DNA of 50,879 nucleotides from Polyangiaceae bacterium (lineage in GTDB: Bacteria > Myxococcota_A > Polyangia > Polyangiales > Polyangiaceae), in the NCBI GenBank assembly GCA_033763455.1, contig JANRKO010000084.1, forward strand, positions 1 to 50,879, written 5' to 3'. Below are positions 9,225 through 17,775 of this stretch, piece after piece. A program made the translations under genes and the position numbers. The notes under the pieces were generated by a model. It worked only from the letters and a program-made list of their open reading frames with translations, ran no database searches and had not been told where the DNA came from. Each line of letters begins with the position of its first letter. The stretch's first letter is position 1.

Positions 9225-9839
9225 TTGCTGAGCTACCGTAGAGCCTTGCCCGAAGCTTCTCCAGGGAGCGGCCCTCGGCCGCTTCCCGCTACGCATTCGG
9301 AAGCTAAGCTCGTTGAGGAAATTTTCGAACTTACATGTCAGCATATGCGAAAGATAGCGGGGCTGCACGCTCCGGACTTCGAGGATCTCGTGCAGGCTGC
9401 CAGCGAACGGGCTGTGCGCGAGGTCTCCAAGTTCGAGGGTCGGTCGAGTCTTTCAACTTGGGTTTTCCGCGTGTGTTATTCGGTGTTTCTCACCGACCGG
9501 CGATGGTACCGGCGATGGTACCGGCGGTTCACGTTGTCAGAGTCGGGGGAGTTGCCAGAAATGAACGCTAGTACGTCAGAGGCCCCAGAGCTTATTGAGG
9601 TCGGCGAACGAAACCTCAGGTTGAGGTCGGCGGTGGATCGTCTTGCGCCGAAGCTTCGCACTGTGGTTGTCCTGCACGATCTTGAAGGGTTGAGTGTGGC
9701 CGAAGTCTCAGAACTTTTGGGGGCCAAGGAGCTGACGATCCGCTCGCGTCTTCGCGATGGGCGGAACAATTTGCGCAGGAAATTGGCTAAGGATCCCTAT
9801 TTCGGTGAGTTCGCTTGTGAGGCGGAGGGAGGCACGTGA
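9225..9839 (+). CDS. ECF-type RNA polymerase sigma-70 factor
   Basis: Region 2 (EDLVQ...FEGRSSLSTWVFRV) and region 4 (LRTVVVLHDLEGLSVAEVSELLG...TIRSRL). Start uncertain. Confidence 0.9.
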   Translation: MLSYRRALPEASPGSGPRPLPATHSEAKLVEEIFELTCQHMRKIAGLHAPDFEDLVQAASERAVREVSKFEGRSSLSTWVFRVCYSVFLTDRRWYRRWYRRFTLSESGELPEMNASTSEAPELIEVGERNLRLRSAVDRLAPKLRTVVVLHDLEGLSVAEVSELLGAKELTIRSRLRDGRNNLRRKLAKDPYFGEFACEAEGGT

Positions 9840-10675
9840 AGGTGGCTCGAATCGCGTCCCAAGAACGCTGTAAAGTGCCTCGATTCAACTCGATGATTTT
9901 GGAGGGTATTGCTTGCGCTCCTGCTGAGGTGCAAGCAGACCTACGCGGGCATCTCGCGAGCTGTTCGGTGTGCCGCCGCGAGCTTGAACTCTTGCGCCGC
10001 ATGCAATCCTCTTGGGATAAAAGGGAGCTCAGTCCTCAACAGATTAGCTATCTTCGTCGCAGGATTGCGGCGCGGTCGAACGATCATGGCGCGCGCTCGC
10101 GTTATCGAACGCCTGTGCGCGTGGGCCTTGCGATGCTGCTCGTGGGTACTGCCGCTACTGCGGCCGCCGGTACGTTCATTTGGTCAGGATTCGGTGCTCG
10201 CACTGAATCTGCGGGATCGATTCCTACCGCCTCTACCGCCATCATCGCACCCGCACCCGCTCCTTCCGTCGGGGCAAGCGTTCCAGTCGAAGCGGGGGCC
10301 TCCACTGCTGCGAAAGCCCCCGAGGTAAAAGGCGTTGTGCGTGCTAATCGTAGCATTCCACGTTCAGCCGTTGTAGCACTGCCAGGGGAGCAACGAGATA
10401 CAAAGTCGGCGGCTACCCCCAATGATGCACGGTGGGGCAAAGTGGCAGAGGCGATGAAGCAGGGGGACGAAGCCAAAGCGGAAGTCATGTTGAATGGGAT
10501 CGTTCGGTCTGCAGACAGTGAGTCTAAGGACGCTGCACGCCTTGCACTCGCTGAAATGTGGATCTCGTCGCAGCGTCGTGAAGAAAGCCGACCAGTGCTA
10601 GCCGAACTCTCACGTACAGGGTCGACACCGCTCATTCGAAAGCGAGCAACGGAGCTGCTGCGTACGCTGAAATGA
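9836..10675 (+). CDS. Anti-sigma factor (zinc-binding HxxxCxxC, TM helix, C-terminal TPR-like helices)
   Basis: HLASCSVC motif, a hydrophobic segment, and a GTGA overlap with the sigma gene. Confidence 0.8.
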   Translation: MKVARIASQERCKVPRFNSMILEGIACAPAEVQADLRGHLASCSVCRRELELLRRMQSSWDKRELSPQQISYLRRRIAARSNDHGARSRYRTPVRVGLAMLLVGTAATAAAGTFIWSGFGARTESAGSIPTASTAIIAPAPAPSVGASVPVEAGASTAAKAPEVKGVVRANRSIPRSAVVALPGEQRDTKSAATPNDARWGKVAEAMKQGDEAKAEVMLNGIVRSADSESKDAARLALAEMWISSQRREESRPVLAELSRTGSTPLIRKRATELLRTLK

Positions 10676-10684
10676 CGTTTCCCC

Positions 10685-11494
10685 TTAGGGCTGGGTGCGC
10701 TCGTATATTCGGACCCAGTCGATGGCTAGTACGCCAGGCCAGGGTGTTGTGGCGTCAGGGGGCGGCGCTGCCTCCCCTGTTGCGATTGAGAGGTTGAGCG
10801 TCGGGTAGAGAGGCGTGTTTAGGCTGGGGATGCTCGCCTGGTCGCGAAACCGCTCGATTCCATCCACGTAGAAGATGAGCTCATCGGGGCGCCAATCGAC
10901 TCCAAATACGTGATACTCGAGCGTCCAATCTTCCGCCACAAGCGGCGTGCCGCTGCTTCGACTGCCCGACGCCGCCTCCCACCAGACGCTTGCGCGGACG
11001 CTTGTGGGACTGTCACCAAAAAGATCCATGACATTGATCGCTGGGGGCCAGGAATTCACGCTCCGAAGCCACCACACTGTCCAAAATCCGCGCCCACTGG
11101 GCGCCTTGATGCGAGCCTCAAAGAAGCCGTAGCGCTGCTCGAAACGTTGTGCCGTATTAAGGACTCCGGAAGTATACGCCCGATCACCTGAAGCGCGATT
11201 TTGTGCCGTGATGCTACACACGCCCCCGGAAACGGCGATGCTTTCGTCTGCCATCCAATCCGCTCGTTGCCCCCAGCTCCGAAACATTGAGTCCCCGAGG
11301 ATCATCTGAGTGTTCCAAACGGCGGAGTTGAGCGTGGTGCCATCGCACTCTTCGCGAAAGCTGAGGTGAAACGTCCCGACCCCTCCTAAGGGGCTCGGAT
11401 CTTCCTTCCGGGAGGTGAAGTCGACCGTATTCGTGCAGCCAAGCGACACGACCCCAGCCACAACGCTTACCCACAGCACGCTCCTGCTCTGCAT
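10685..11494 (-). CDS. GH16-fold lipoprotein with degenerate catalytic motif
   Basis: Lipobox SLG-C; YTSG, YGFFEARIK, GFW, YHVFGVDW, FYVDG, IDWVRIY. The motif reads WPPAINVMD instead of WPPEIDxxE. Confidence 0.88.
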   Translation of the reverse strand: MQSRSVLWVSVVAGVVSLGCTNTVDFTSRKEDPSPLGGVGTFHLSFREECDGTTLNSAVWNTQMILGDSMFRSWGQRADWMADESIAVSGGVCSITAQNRASGDRAYTSGVLNTAQRFEQRYGFFEARIKAPSGRGFWTVWWLRSVNSWPPAINVMDLFGDSPTSVRASVWWEAASGSRSSGTPLVAEDWTLEYHVFGVDWRPDELIFYVDGIERFRDQASIPSLNTPLYPTLNLSIATGEAAPPPDATTPWPGVLAIDWVRIYERTQP

Positions 11495-11547
11495 TACCTG
11501 AAACAGCCTACCTTATTTTGCGGGCCGTCGCCCAGGCGTTCGTGCTT

Positions 11548-12349
11548 CTAGTAACAGCCGATCCGTGAGGTGCCGATCGCCACATCGTCGATGAATGCTT
11601 CAAAAGCTGCATGTGGCCAGTACATGATCACGCCGAGATCCAGGGTATCGTACGACGCCATCTTGAACCAGGTGGGAGTACCGTAAGTGTCGAGCTTCAA
11701 TGTGATCCCGTTCACCGAGACTTGCGTGGCTTTGCCTTCGGTACCGTTGAATTCCCATTCGACGCAACTCCAGGCATCAAGAGGGATTCTGGCCGCTTCA
11801 GCGTCGGATGCGCTACACCCATTTCCTGCCTTGCGGCACTCGGTGACAAGTTCCTTGAAAGGGGATTTTCGAACGAAATTGGCCATGAAACGCTCGAATT
11901 GAACCCCGAAGTCGTACTTTGAATCGGCGCCATCGATATCCTTGCCTGCTAAAGAGACAAACGAGCCGTGATTGTTAGGCGCCGTAGGGGTGAGGTACAT
12001 GTAAAAGCGACCCCAAATATGGGTGCCAGGGACATCAAAGGCTGGCTTATGAAGGTAGATCCGCTTACCTCCCGAGGTGCTTTCAGGCACCGCAATGTGC
12101 AAGGACTTTGAGGAACCATTGGCGCTCCGCACGCCGTCTACGGTGATCCCTTGGCCCTTCACCTCCCAGCCGTTCGGTAATTGACCATCTTCAAAGTCTA
12201 GGCAGATGCCAGCTGCCGCGTTGGCGCAGGACGCTACCGGATGACATGATGACGTCTCGTTCCGAGCCAGGCGTCGAGCTGCAGCCGATGGCAATCAGGA
12301 GACCAGACGCCGCAGCGGTGTAGGGCTGAAGGCGGACAGTAGCTAGCAT
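11548..12349 (-). pseudogene. Frameshifted lipoprotein with a concanavalin A/Cip1-like beta-sandwich domain
   Basis: The signal and lipobox (MLATVRL...LIAIG-C) lie in one frame. The domain (CLDFEDG...SLHI...WGRFYMY...WSCVEWEF...FIDDVAIGTSRIGC) lies in another. Break near 12240. Confidence 0.6.
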
Positions 12350-12680
12350 GGTGGCTTTAGATGCCGCACAGGGAGGAGCTGAGCAAAGAATCGCTGCGCG
12401 CGGTGATCGAAGAAACCTGGATGCGGCGAAGTGACCGTGGTAACTCAACGTGCTCGTTTTGGTGGTTGGCCGTCCCTTCTCCCACCGTGTTGCCAACTTC
12501 GAGAATTTCTTGCCTCACGATTGCAATGGTCGTTCAGTCGAGCGTCGGGATCTCTCGGCGGGGAATGTAACCTCGAATTTCGCATACAGCGAAGATGCTT
12601 CCGGCGCGACTCCCGGCCGCTCGAACAGCGGCTCCTCCGACCAAACTGGCAATGTTTGTTTCTGAGCCGGATGAGTTGCA

Positions 12681-12717
12681 AAGGAGGGGCCCATCGGCGA
12701 AACGGCGCCCCCTCCTT
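12681..12717. terminator. GC-rich stem-loop, possible bidirectional terminator
   Basis: aaggagggg...cccctcctt inverted repeat in the divergent intergenic region. Confidence 0.35.
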
Positions 12718-13061
12718 CGTGCCGGCCCGCGCCCACGAAGCAGAGGTTCGGCAAACCCCAATGCTAAGGACGCGTTGTGCGAGGCCCCCCGGACCAGCAA
12801 TTGTGCGACTACGCATGCGAGGCTGTTACCCCCCAGGGACCCCAACAATGCCATAATGTCCGCTTCCCCAGCCGCGTAAGGCGAAGGGCCCGAAGCGCTT
12901 TGTGCGGTGTTTGTTGCGGATCCCTGTCACCTGGCGCGAGTTCTGCACTTGTGCGTTTGTTCGCGGTGGTGCCCTGCACTATCTCGAGGAACGAGCTACA
13001 CCCTCACAGTCCGACCGGCTGACCCCGGACGCTGTGGAACAGCCTCCCGTCCCCTCAACCC

Positions 13062-14492
13062 ATGCCCCACGCCGCACCGATAGCCGTTAGCGAAGATGAG
13101 CATCAACGCCGAGCGCTGGCTCGCGTTGGAGACGTCATCGCTGACAAATGGGAGATCAATGCGCTGCTCGGCCTAGGCGGAATGGCTGCTGTGTTCTCCG
13201 CAACGCATCGCAACGGTAAGCGGGTAGCACTCAAGATTTTGCACCCTGAGATGTCTCGCTATCCTGAGGCGCGCGAGCGCTTCATCGAGGAGGCGTACAC
13301 CGTCAACAGCGTTGGCCATCCAGGGGTTGTCTCCGTGCTTGACGACGGTGTTGCCGACGACGGCTCCGCCTTCCTCGTGATGGACCTGTTGCAGGGCGAA
13401 ACAGCTCAAGGTCGCCTGCAGCGTTTAGGTGGCCAGCTCGATCCCGCCGAGGTGCTGAGTATCGGCGATCAGCTCCTCGACATCATTACCGCAGCCCATG
13501 CGGTCGGAATCGTGCATCGCGACATTAAGCCGGAGAATATCTTTATCACCGAAGAGGGTCAGGTAAAGCTGCTCGACTTCGGTATCGCGAGGATCGCCGA
13601 ATCCCGCCGGACCACACGGACCCAGATCGGCGCTACCATGGGCACGCCCGCGTTCATGGCGCCCGAGCAAGCGCGCGGGCGATGGGAGGAGATCGACGCA
13701 CGCACCGATCTTTGGGCCTTGGGCGCGACGCTGTTTTTCCTACTAACGGGGCGGGTCGTGCACTTGGCGGATACGGCGAACGAAGAGCTCCTAGCCGCCA
13801 TGACTCGAGCTGCACCGAAGATAGAGACGGTGATGCCGGCAATCCTCCCTGAGCTTGCGTACGTCATCAACACAGCGTTGGAGTTCGAGCAGGAGCGTCG
13901 CTTCGCCGACGCTGCCGCAATGCAGCTTAGCGTGCGCGAGGCGTACACGGCGATAACTGCGCCCGGGACGCTCCCCGCTGCACTGAAGCCGATCCCACTC
14001 GCTTTTCCGGCGGAGCTCCAGGTTACGCTCGGCAACGCGTCCACAACGTACCGACCCGTCGCGACCACCGAGCGACCTCCGCAGGGTCGGAGCGTCTCAC
14101 GTGGTGGAGTGATTGGTCTCTTGGCGCTGGCCGCGGTGGCCCTCGGAAGCACGCTCTTCGGCACGTTCGCGAGCGAACCCGAGGGGCCCGCTCCGGCGTC
14201 GGAATCAGCAATTACTCGAACCGGCAGCCTGCCACCGTCACCGCACACCGCATCTGCCCCGGCGCCACTAGCCCCTCTAGCGACGCGGGAAGCAACGGCG
14301 AGCGTCAGCAACGGCGAACCCAATCGTTTGGCTGAAGACCCCAAGAGCGCGAACGCCGAGGTGGTGGCGCCGAAGAAGCGGAAGCCGAAACAACAGAAAA
14401 GCGCGGAAAATCCCCAGACTCTGCAGCCTCCGCCGAGCGCTGCAGCCCCACCGCCGCCGGAGCCGGTTGATCCACTCAGCCGTCGCAAGTGA
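13062..14492 (+). CDS. Hanks-type Ser/Thr protein kinase with TM helix
   Basis: LGLGGMAAV, VALKIL, HRDIKPEN, DFG, GTPAFMAPE, DLWALG; TM segment and Pro-rich tail. Confidence 0.95.
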   Translation: MPHAAPIAVSEDEHQRRALARVGDVIADKWEINALLGLGGMAAVFSATHRNGKRVALKILHPEMSRYPEARERFIEEAYTVNSVGHPGVVSVLDDGVADDGSAFLVMDLLQGETAQGRLQRLGGQLDPAEVLSIGDQLLDIITAAHAVGIVHRDIKPENIFITEEGQVKLLDFGIARIAESRRTTRTQIGATMGTPAFMAPEQARGRWEEIDARTDLWALGATLFFLLTGRVVHLADTANEELLAAMTRAAPKIETVMPAILPELAYVINTALEFEQERRFADAAAMQLSVREAYTAITAPGTLPAALKPIPLAFPAELQVTLGNASTTYRPVATTERPPQGRSVSRGGVIGLLALAAVALGSTLFGTFASEPEGPAPASESAITRTGSLPPSPHTASAPAPLAPLATREATASVSNGEPNRLAEDPKSANAEVVAPKKRKPKQQKSAENPQTLQPPPSAAAPPPPEPVDPLSRRK

Positions 14493-15446
14493 ATGAAACG
14501 TCGAGTCCGTCGCTACAGTATGGCTTGCGCGCTTGTCGCGTCGATGGCGAGCTCTTACAGCTCGGTTCTGTTCGCTCAGCAGGCCCACGCGCGAGACCCA
14601 GCAGCTGCAGAAGCGCTGTTCTTGCAAGGACGGACAGCACTTGATGCCGGGGATTTTAAGAAAGCTTGCGAAAAATTCGCCGAGAGCCAGCGACTGGACC
14701 CCGGCGCGGGCACGCTGATGAACCTCGCTACTTGCGAAGAGCAACGGGGGCGGCTCGCAAGTGCCTGGCAACGTTGGCAGGAAGCGCTCACGTACCTCCC
14801 TCAAGAAGACGAACGGATAGCCTTCGTGAAGTCGCGACTCAAGATCGTCGAGCCACTAGTTCCTTGGCTGACGATAACAGTGGCGGGCGCCCCGGACCAC
14901 ACCACCGTGCTGCGAGATGGGGTTCAGCTCGGGCCAGGCAGCTTGGGGGAAGCGCTCCCTGTAGACCCTGGGGATCACGTCATCCTCGTGCGCGCCGAGG
15001 GCTACGCGGAACGGCGCTATGACGTAACGCTCGACAAAGCCGAGCGCGAACGAGTCGAAGTTAGCCCGGGGCGGCGCCTGCCGAAACCGCCGCCTTCCGT
15101 CACCCGGGAACCCACCCCATCTGCGCCAACGCTCGGGTACGTATTGGGTGGCGTGGGCATCGCCGGCGTGGCAGCGGGGATCGCCACAGGGCTCCTCGTC
15201 AACCACCGTCAGCAGCTCGTCGACGACAACTGCAAGGGCGACCTCTGCAACCAGACGGGGCTCGACGCCGCTTCTGAGGGTCAAACGCTGCTGATCGCCA
15301 ATGCGGCCGCTTGGGTGGTGGGCATTGCGGGCCTGGGCGCGGGCGCGTACCTCGTTCTTTCGCACGACTCGGGCGGCCCCTCGCAGAGCGTCGGTATCGC
15401 GTCGGTGTCAGGAGGAGCGGGGCTTTCGCTCCGCGGAAAGTTCTGA
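14493..15446 (+). CDS. Secreted TPR/PEGA-like domain protein
   Basis: Signal ending AHA; AAAEALFLQGR...KFAESQRLDPGAGTLMNLATCEE (TPR); PVDPGDHVI (PEGA-like); C-terminal hydrophobic hairpin. Confidence 0.8.
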   Translation: MKRRVRRYSMACALVASMASSYSSVLFAQQAHARDPAAAEALFLQGRTALDAGDFKKACEKFAESQRLDPGAGTLMNLATCEEQRGRLASAWQRWQEALTYLPQEDERIAFVKSRLKIVEPLVPWLTITVAGAPDHTTVLRDGVQLGPGSLGEALPVDPGDHVILVRAEGYAERRYDVTLDKAERERVEVSPGRRLPKPPPSVTREPTPSAPTLGYVLGGVGIAGVAAGIATGLLVNHRQQLVDDNCKGDLCNQTGLDAASEGQTLLIANAAAWVVGIAGLGAGAYLVLSHDSGGPSQSVGIASVSGGAGLSLRGKF

Positions 15447-17038
15447 TGAATCCCGTGGGTCACCTTTGGTTGCGATTGCTTCCGGCGTTGCTCATCGGCA
15501 TCGCCGCTGCAGCAAGCGCGCCGAGCTGTGTCGTGGTCGGGGGCTACGAATTCGAGGGCAAGAAGCTGGCGAGTGGCACTGGCGGTGCTGGCGGCGGCTC
15601 TTCCGGCAGCGGCGGCGACGTCGGATCTCCTGGAACCGGAGGGGCTCCCGCCACCTGCGTGCCCGCCACCTGTGGTCAGCTGCAAGCTGAGTGTGGTCGG
15701 GTCGGCGATGGGTGCGGCGGCATCCTCGAGTGCGGCGCTTGCGCCGAAGGCGACTTCTGCGGGGGCGGCGGGATCAATCGCTGTGGAACGCTGCCGTGCA
15801 AGGCGCTCACCTGCCAGGATGTTGGCGCCAGCTGCGGCGTGGTTTCCGATGGCTGCGGTGATTCCCTCGACTGCGGCGCCTGCAACACTCCGCAAAGCTG
15901 CGGCGGGGGCGGCGTTCCGCGCCAGTGTGGTTGCACCCCGATGCTCTGCATGGAGATGCAGGTCGACTGCGGCACCGTGGACAACGGTTGTGGCATTCCG
16001 ATCGATTGCGGCGCCTGTGTTGCGCCGGCAACCTGTGGCGGCGGTGGAACCCCGAACGTGTGCGGCTGTAAGCCCAAGAGCTGCGAGGCACTCGGCGCCG
16101 AGTGCGGTATGGTGCCGGACGGCTGCGGGGGGACCGTCGATTGCGGCAGCTGTCCTGTGGGGGAGTTCTGCGGTGTCGTCGAGGGCATGCAGCGCTGTGG
16201 TCTTGAACCCTGCGTACCCAAGACCTGCGCGGAGCTCAACGCGGAATGTGGCCAGATTTCCAATGGTTGTGGGAGCGTCCTCACGTGTCCCGCCTGCCAG
16301 GCCCCGAAGACGTGTGGGGACGCGGGGGTGCCCAATCGATGCGGCTGCACGCCGACGACCTGCGCCGCACAGGGCAAGGACTGCGGGACCATTCCGAACG
16401 GCTGCGGCGGCACGCTCAACTGCGGCAGCTGCGACCTGCCCGAGACGTGCGGTGGCGGTGGGGACGCCAATCTGTGCGGGTGCACGCCGGTAACCTGCTC
16501 GTCCTTGGGTGCTGAGTGCGGATTGGTTCCGAACGGTTGCGGGGCAACGCTCAACTGCGGCTCATGCCAGGCCCCCGAGAGCTGCGCCGCGAATGGCAAC
16601 GCCAACCAATGCGAATGTAAGCCAAAGACCTGCAATGAGCAAAACGCCGACTGCGGCATGCTGCCCGATGGCTGTGGCGGGATGCTCAACTGCGGCACTT
16701 GCTCAGGCTCGAACGTTTGCGGGGGCGGTGGCGCAAATCGATGTGGACCAGGAGCATGCCAACCGAAAACGTGTGCCTCAGAGAACGCTGAATGTGGCGT
16801 CATCAATGATGGCTGCGGGGCAACGTTGAGCTGCGGCTCGTGCCCGAGCGGCCAAGCGTGCGGTCAAGGGGGAGCGAATCGCTGTGGCTGCCGACCCCGA
16901 ACCTGCGACGGCCTCGGTGCGCAGTGCGGAACGATCGGCGATGGCTGCGACGGAATACTGAATTGTGGCACCTGCAATTCACCCGAAAAGTGCGGCCTGA
17001 CGATGCCGAACATCTGCTCGCGGCCGGGTAAGGGCTGA
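15446..17038 (+). CDS. Exported Cys-rich tandem-repeat protein (10 repeats of about 45 aa)
   Basis: ATG overlaps the previous TGA. Signal with Cys and Gly linker, then ten CxPxTCxxxxxxCGxxxxGCGxxLxCGxCxxxxxCGGGGxxNxCG units. Confidence 0.85.
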   Translation: MNPVGHLWLRLLPALLIGIAAAASAPSCVVVGGYEFEGKKLASGTGGAGGGSSGSGGDVGSPGTGGAPATCVPATCGQLQAECGRVGDGCGGILECGACAEGDFCGGGGINRCGTLPCKALTCQDVGASCGVVSDGCGDSLDCGACNTPQSCGGGGVPRQCGCTPMLCMEMQVDCGTVDNGCGIPIDCGACVAPATCGGGGTPNVCGCKPKSCEALGAECGMVPDGCGGTVDCGSCPVGEFCGVVEGMQRCGLEPCVPKTCAELNAECGQISNGCGSVLTCPACQAPKTCGDAGVPNRCGCTPTTCAAQGKDCGTIPNGCGGTLNCGSCDLPETCGGGGDANLCGCTPVTCSSLGAECGLVPNGCGATLNCGSCQAPESCAANGNANQCECKPKTCNEQNADCGMLPDGCGGMLNCGTCSGSNVCGGGGANRCGPGACQPKTCASENAECGVINDGCGATLSCGSCPSGQACGQGGANRCGCRPRTCDGLGAQCGTIGDGCDGILNCGTCNSPEKCGLTMPNICSRPGKG

Positions 17039-17093
17039 GCAGAGCTGCAGTTCAACCAAGGGCGTTCGGCGCCCGACTTCGAGCTGCGAGAGC

Positions 17094-17458
17094 TCAACCC
17101 TGCCGATTAAACCAGCGCAGGCGGCGGCTTGAACCAAAGTGGTTCTTCTGTGAGCGAAGCTCCTCGGAGGGCGGGTGGAACGTACCGGTGGGGGAGGGGC
17201 CTGAGAAAAAATCAACGTCGACGCGTCCGATGCGCCCAGCGCCGAACTCGATGTAACACGACCTTTACCTGAATAGAGGCCTGCTTCGCCGTTACCTTGA
17301 ATGCGCGCGATGAGTGAATCGGCCACCGCGCGTGCGGCACCTTCCGTGAACACTCCTGCTTTCGGAGTCCCGACGGCTGCGCCAAGCGCCTCTGAAAGCT
17401 GTGTTGACAGCTCCAACCCTCCAAAGCCCGCACGTAAAACCAGAACCCGTGTTTTCAT
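17094..17458 (-). pseudogene. Sulfide:quinone oxidoreductase-like flavoprotein, internally deleted and frameshifted
   Basis: N-terminal MKTRVLVLRAGFGGLE (Rossmann start) is joined directly to C-terminal GTPKAGVF.E. A frameshift then gives CYIEFGAGRIGRVDVDFFSGP...SRRLRWF*. Confidence 0.75.
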
Positions 17459-17775
17459 AACCGGGCACTAGAACCCGGGGTGCGGGTCCTCGGAAGCAAA
17501 TGGCGAATCTGCGACAAAAGAACGCCATTTTTGGATGGGGCGGGCTCGCCTCTAGAACGGCGCCATTAAGGAAGGTTGAGCCTCCACGGCGCCCACAAAG
17601 CCGAGCGGTACGATACAAGTACGTATCATCAAAGGAGCTTCAACAGCGAGCGTGAAGTTAGCTTCTTGGCGGAAATAGCACACAAAAAGTCTACCTTTCG
17701 CTTGGAATACAAGAGGCTATGGATGGCAGGGATCAGCATACTTTGAGGGTTCCCACACGGAGTTGATTGCCCCTC

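Noticed and set aside
9496..9526. 12-bp tandem repeat (RRWYRRWYRR) in the sigma gene
   Set aside because: In frame, short, in the variable linker after region 2, with no sign of phase variation.
12750..12775. GGCAAACC...GGACGC resembling a c-di-GMP-I riboswitch
   Set aside because: No paired stem with a GNRA loop between the motifs, no following AAA, and no second stem.
15446..17038. Periodic DNA pattern suggesting an array
   Set aside because: Fully explained by coding Cys repeats with synonymous divergence. The long antisense ORF 15676-16806 is a shadow.
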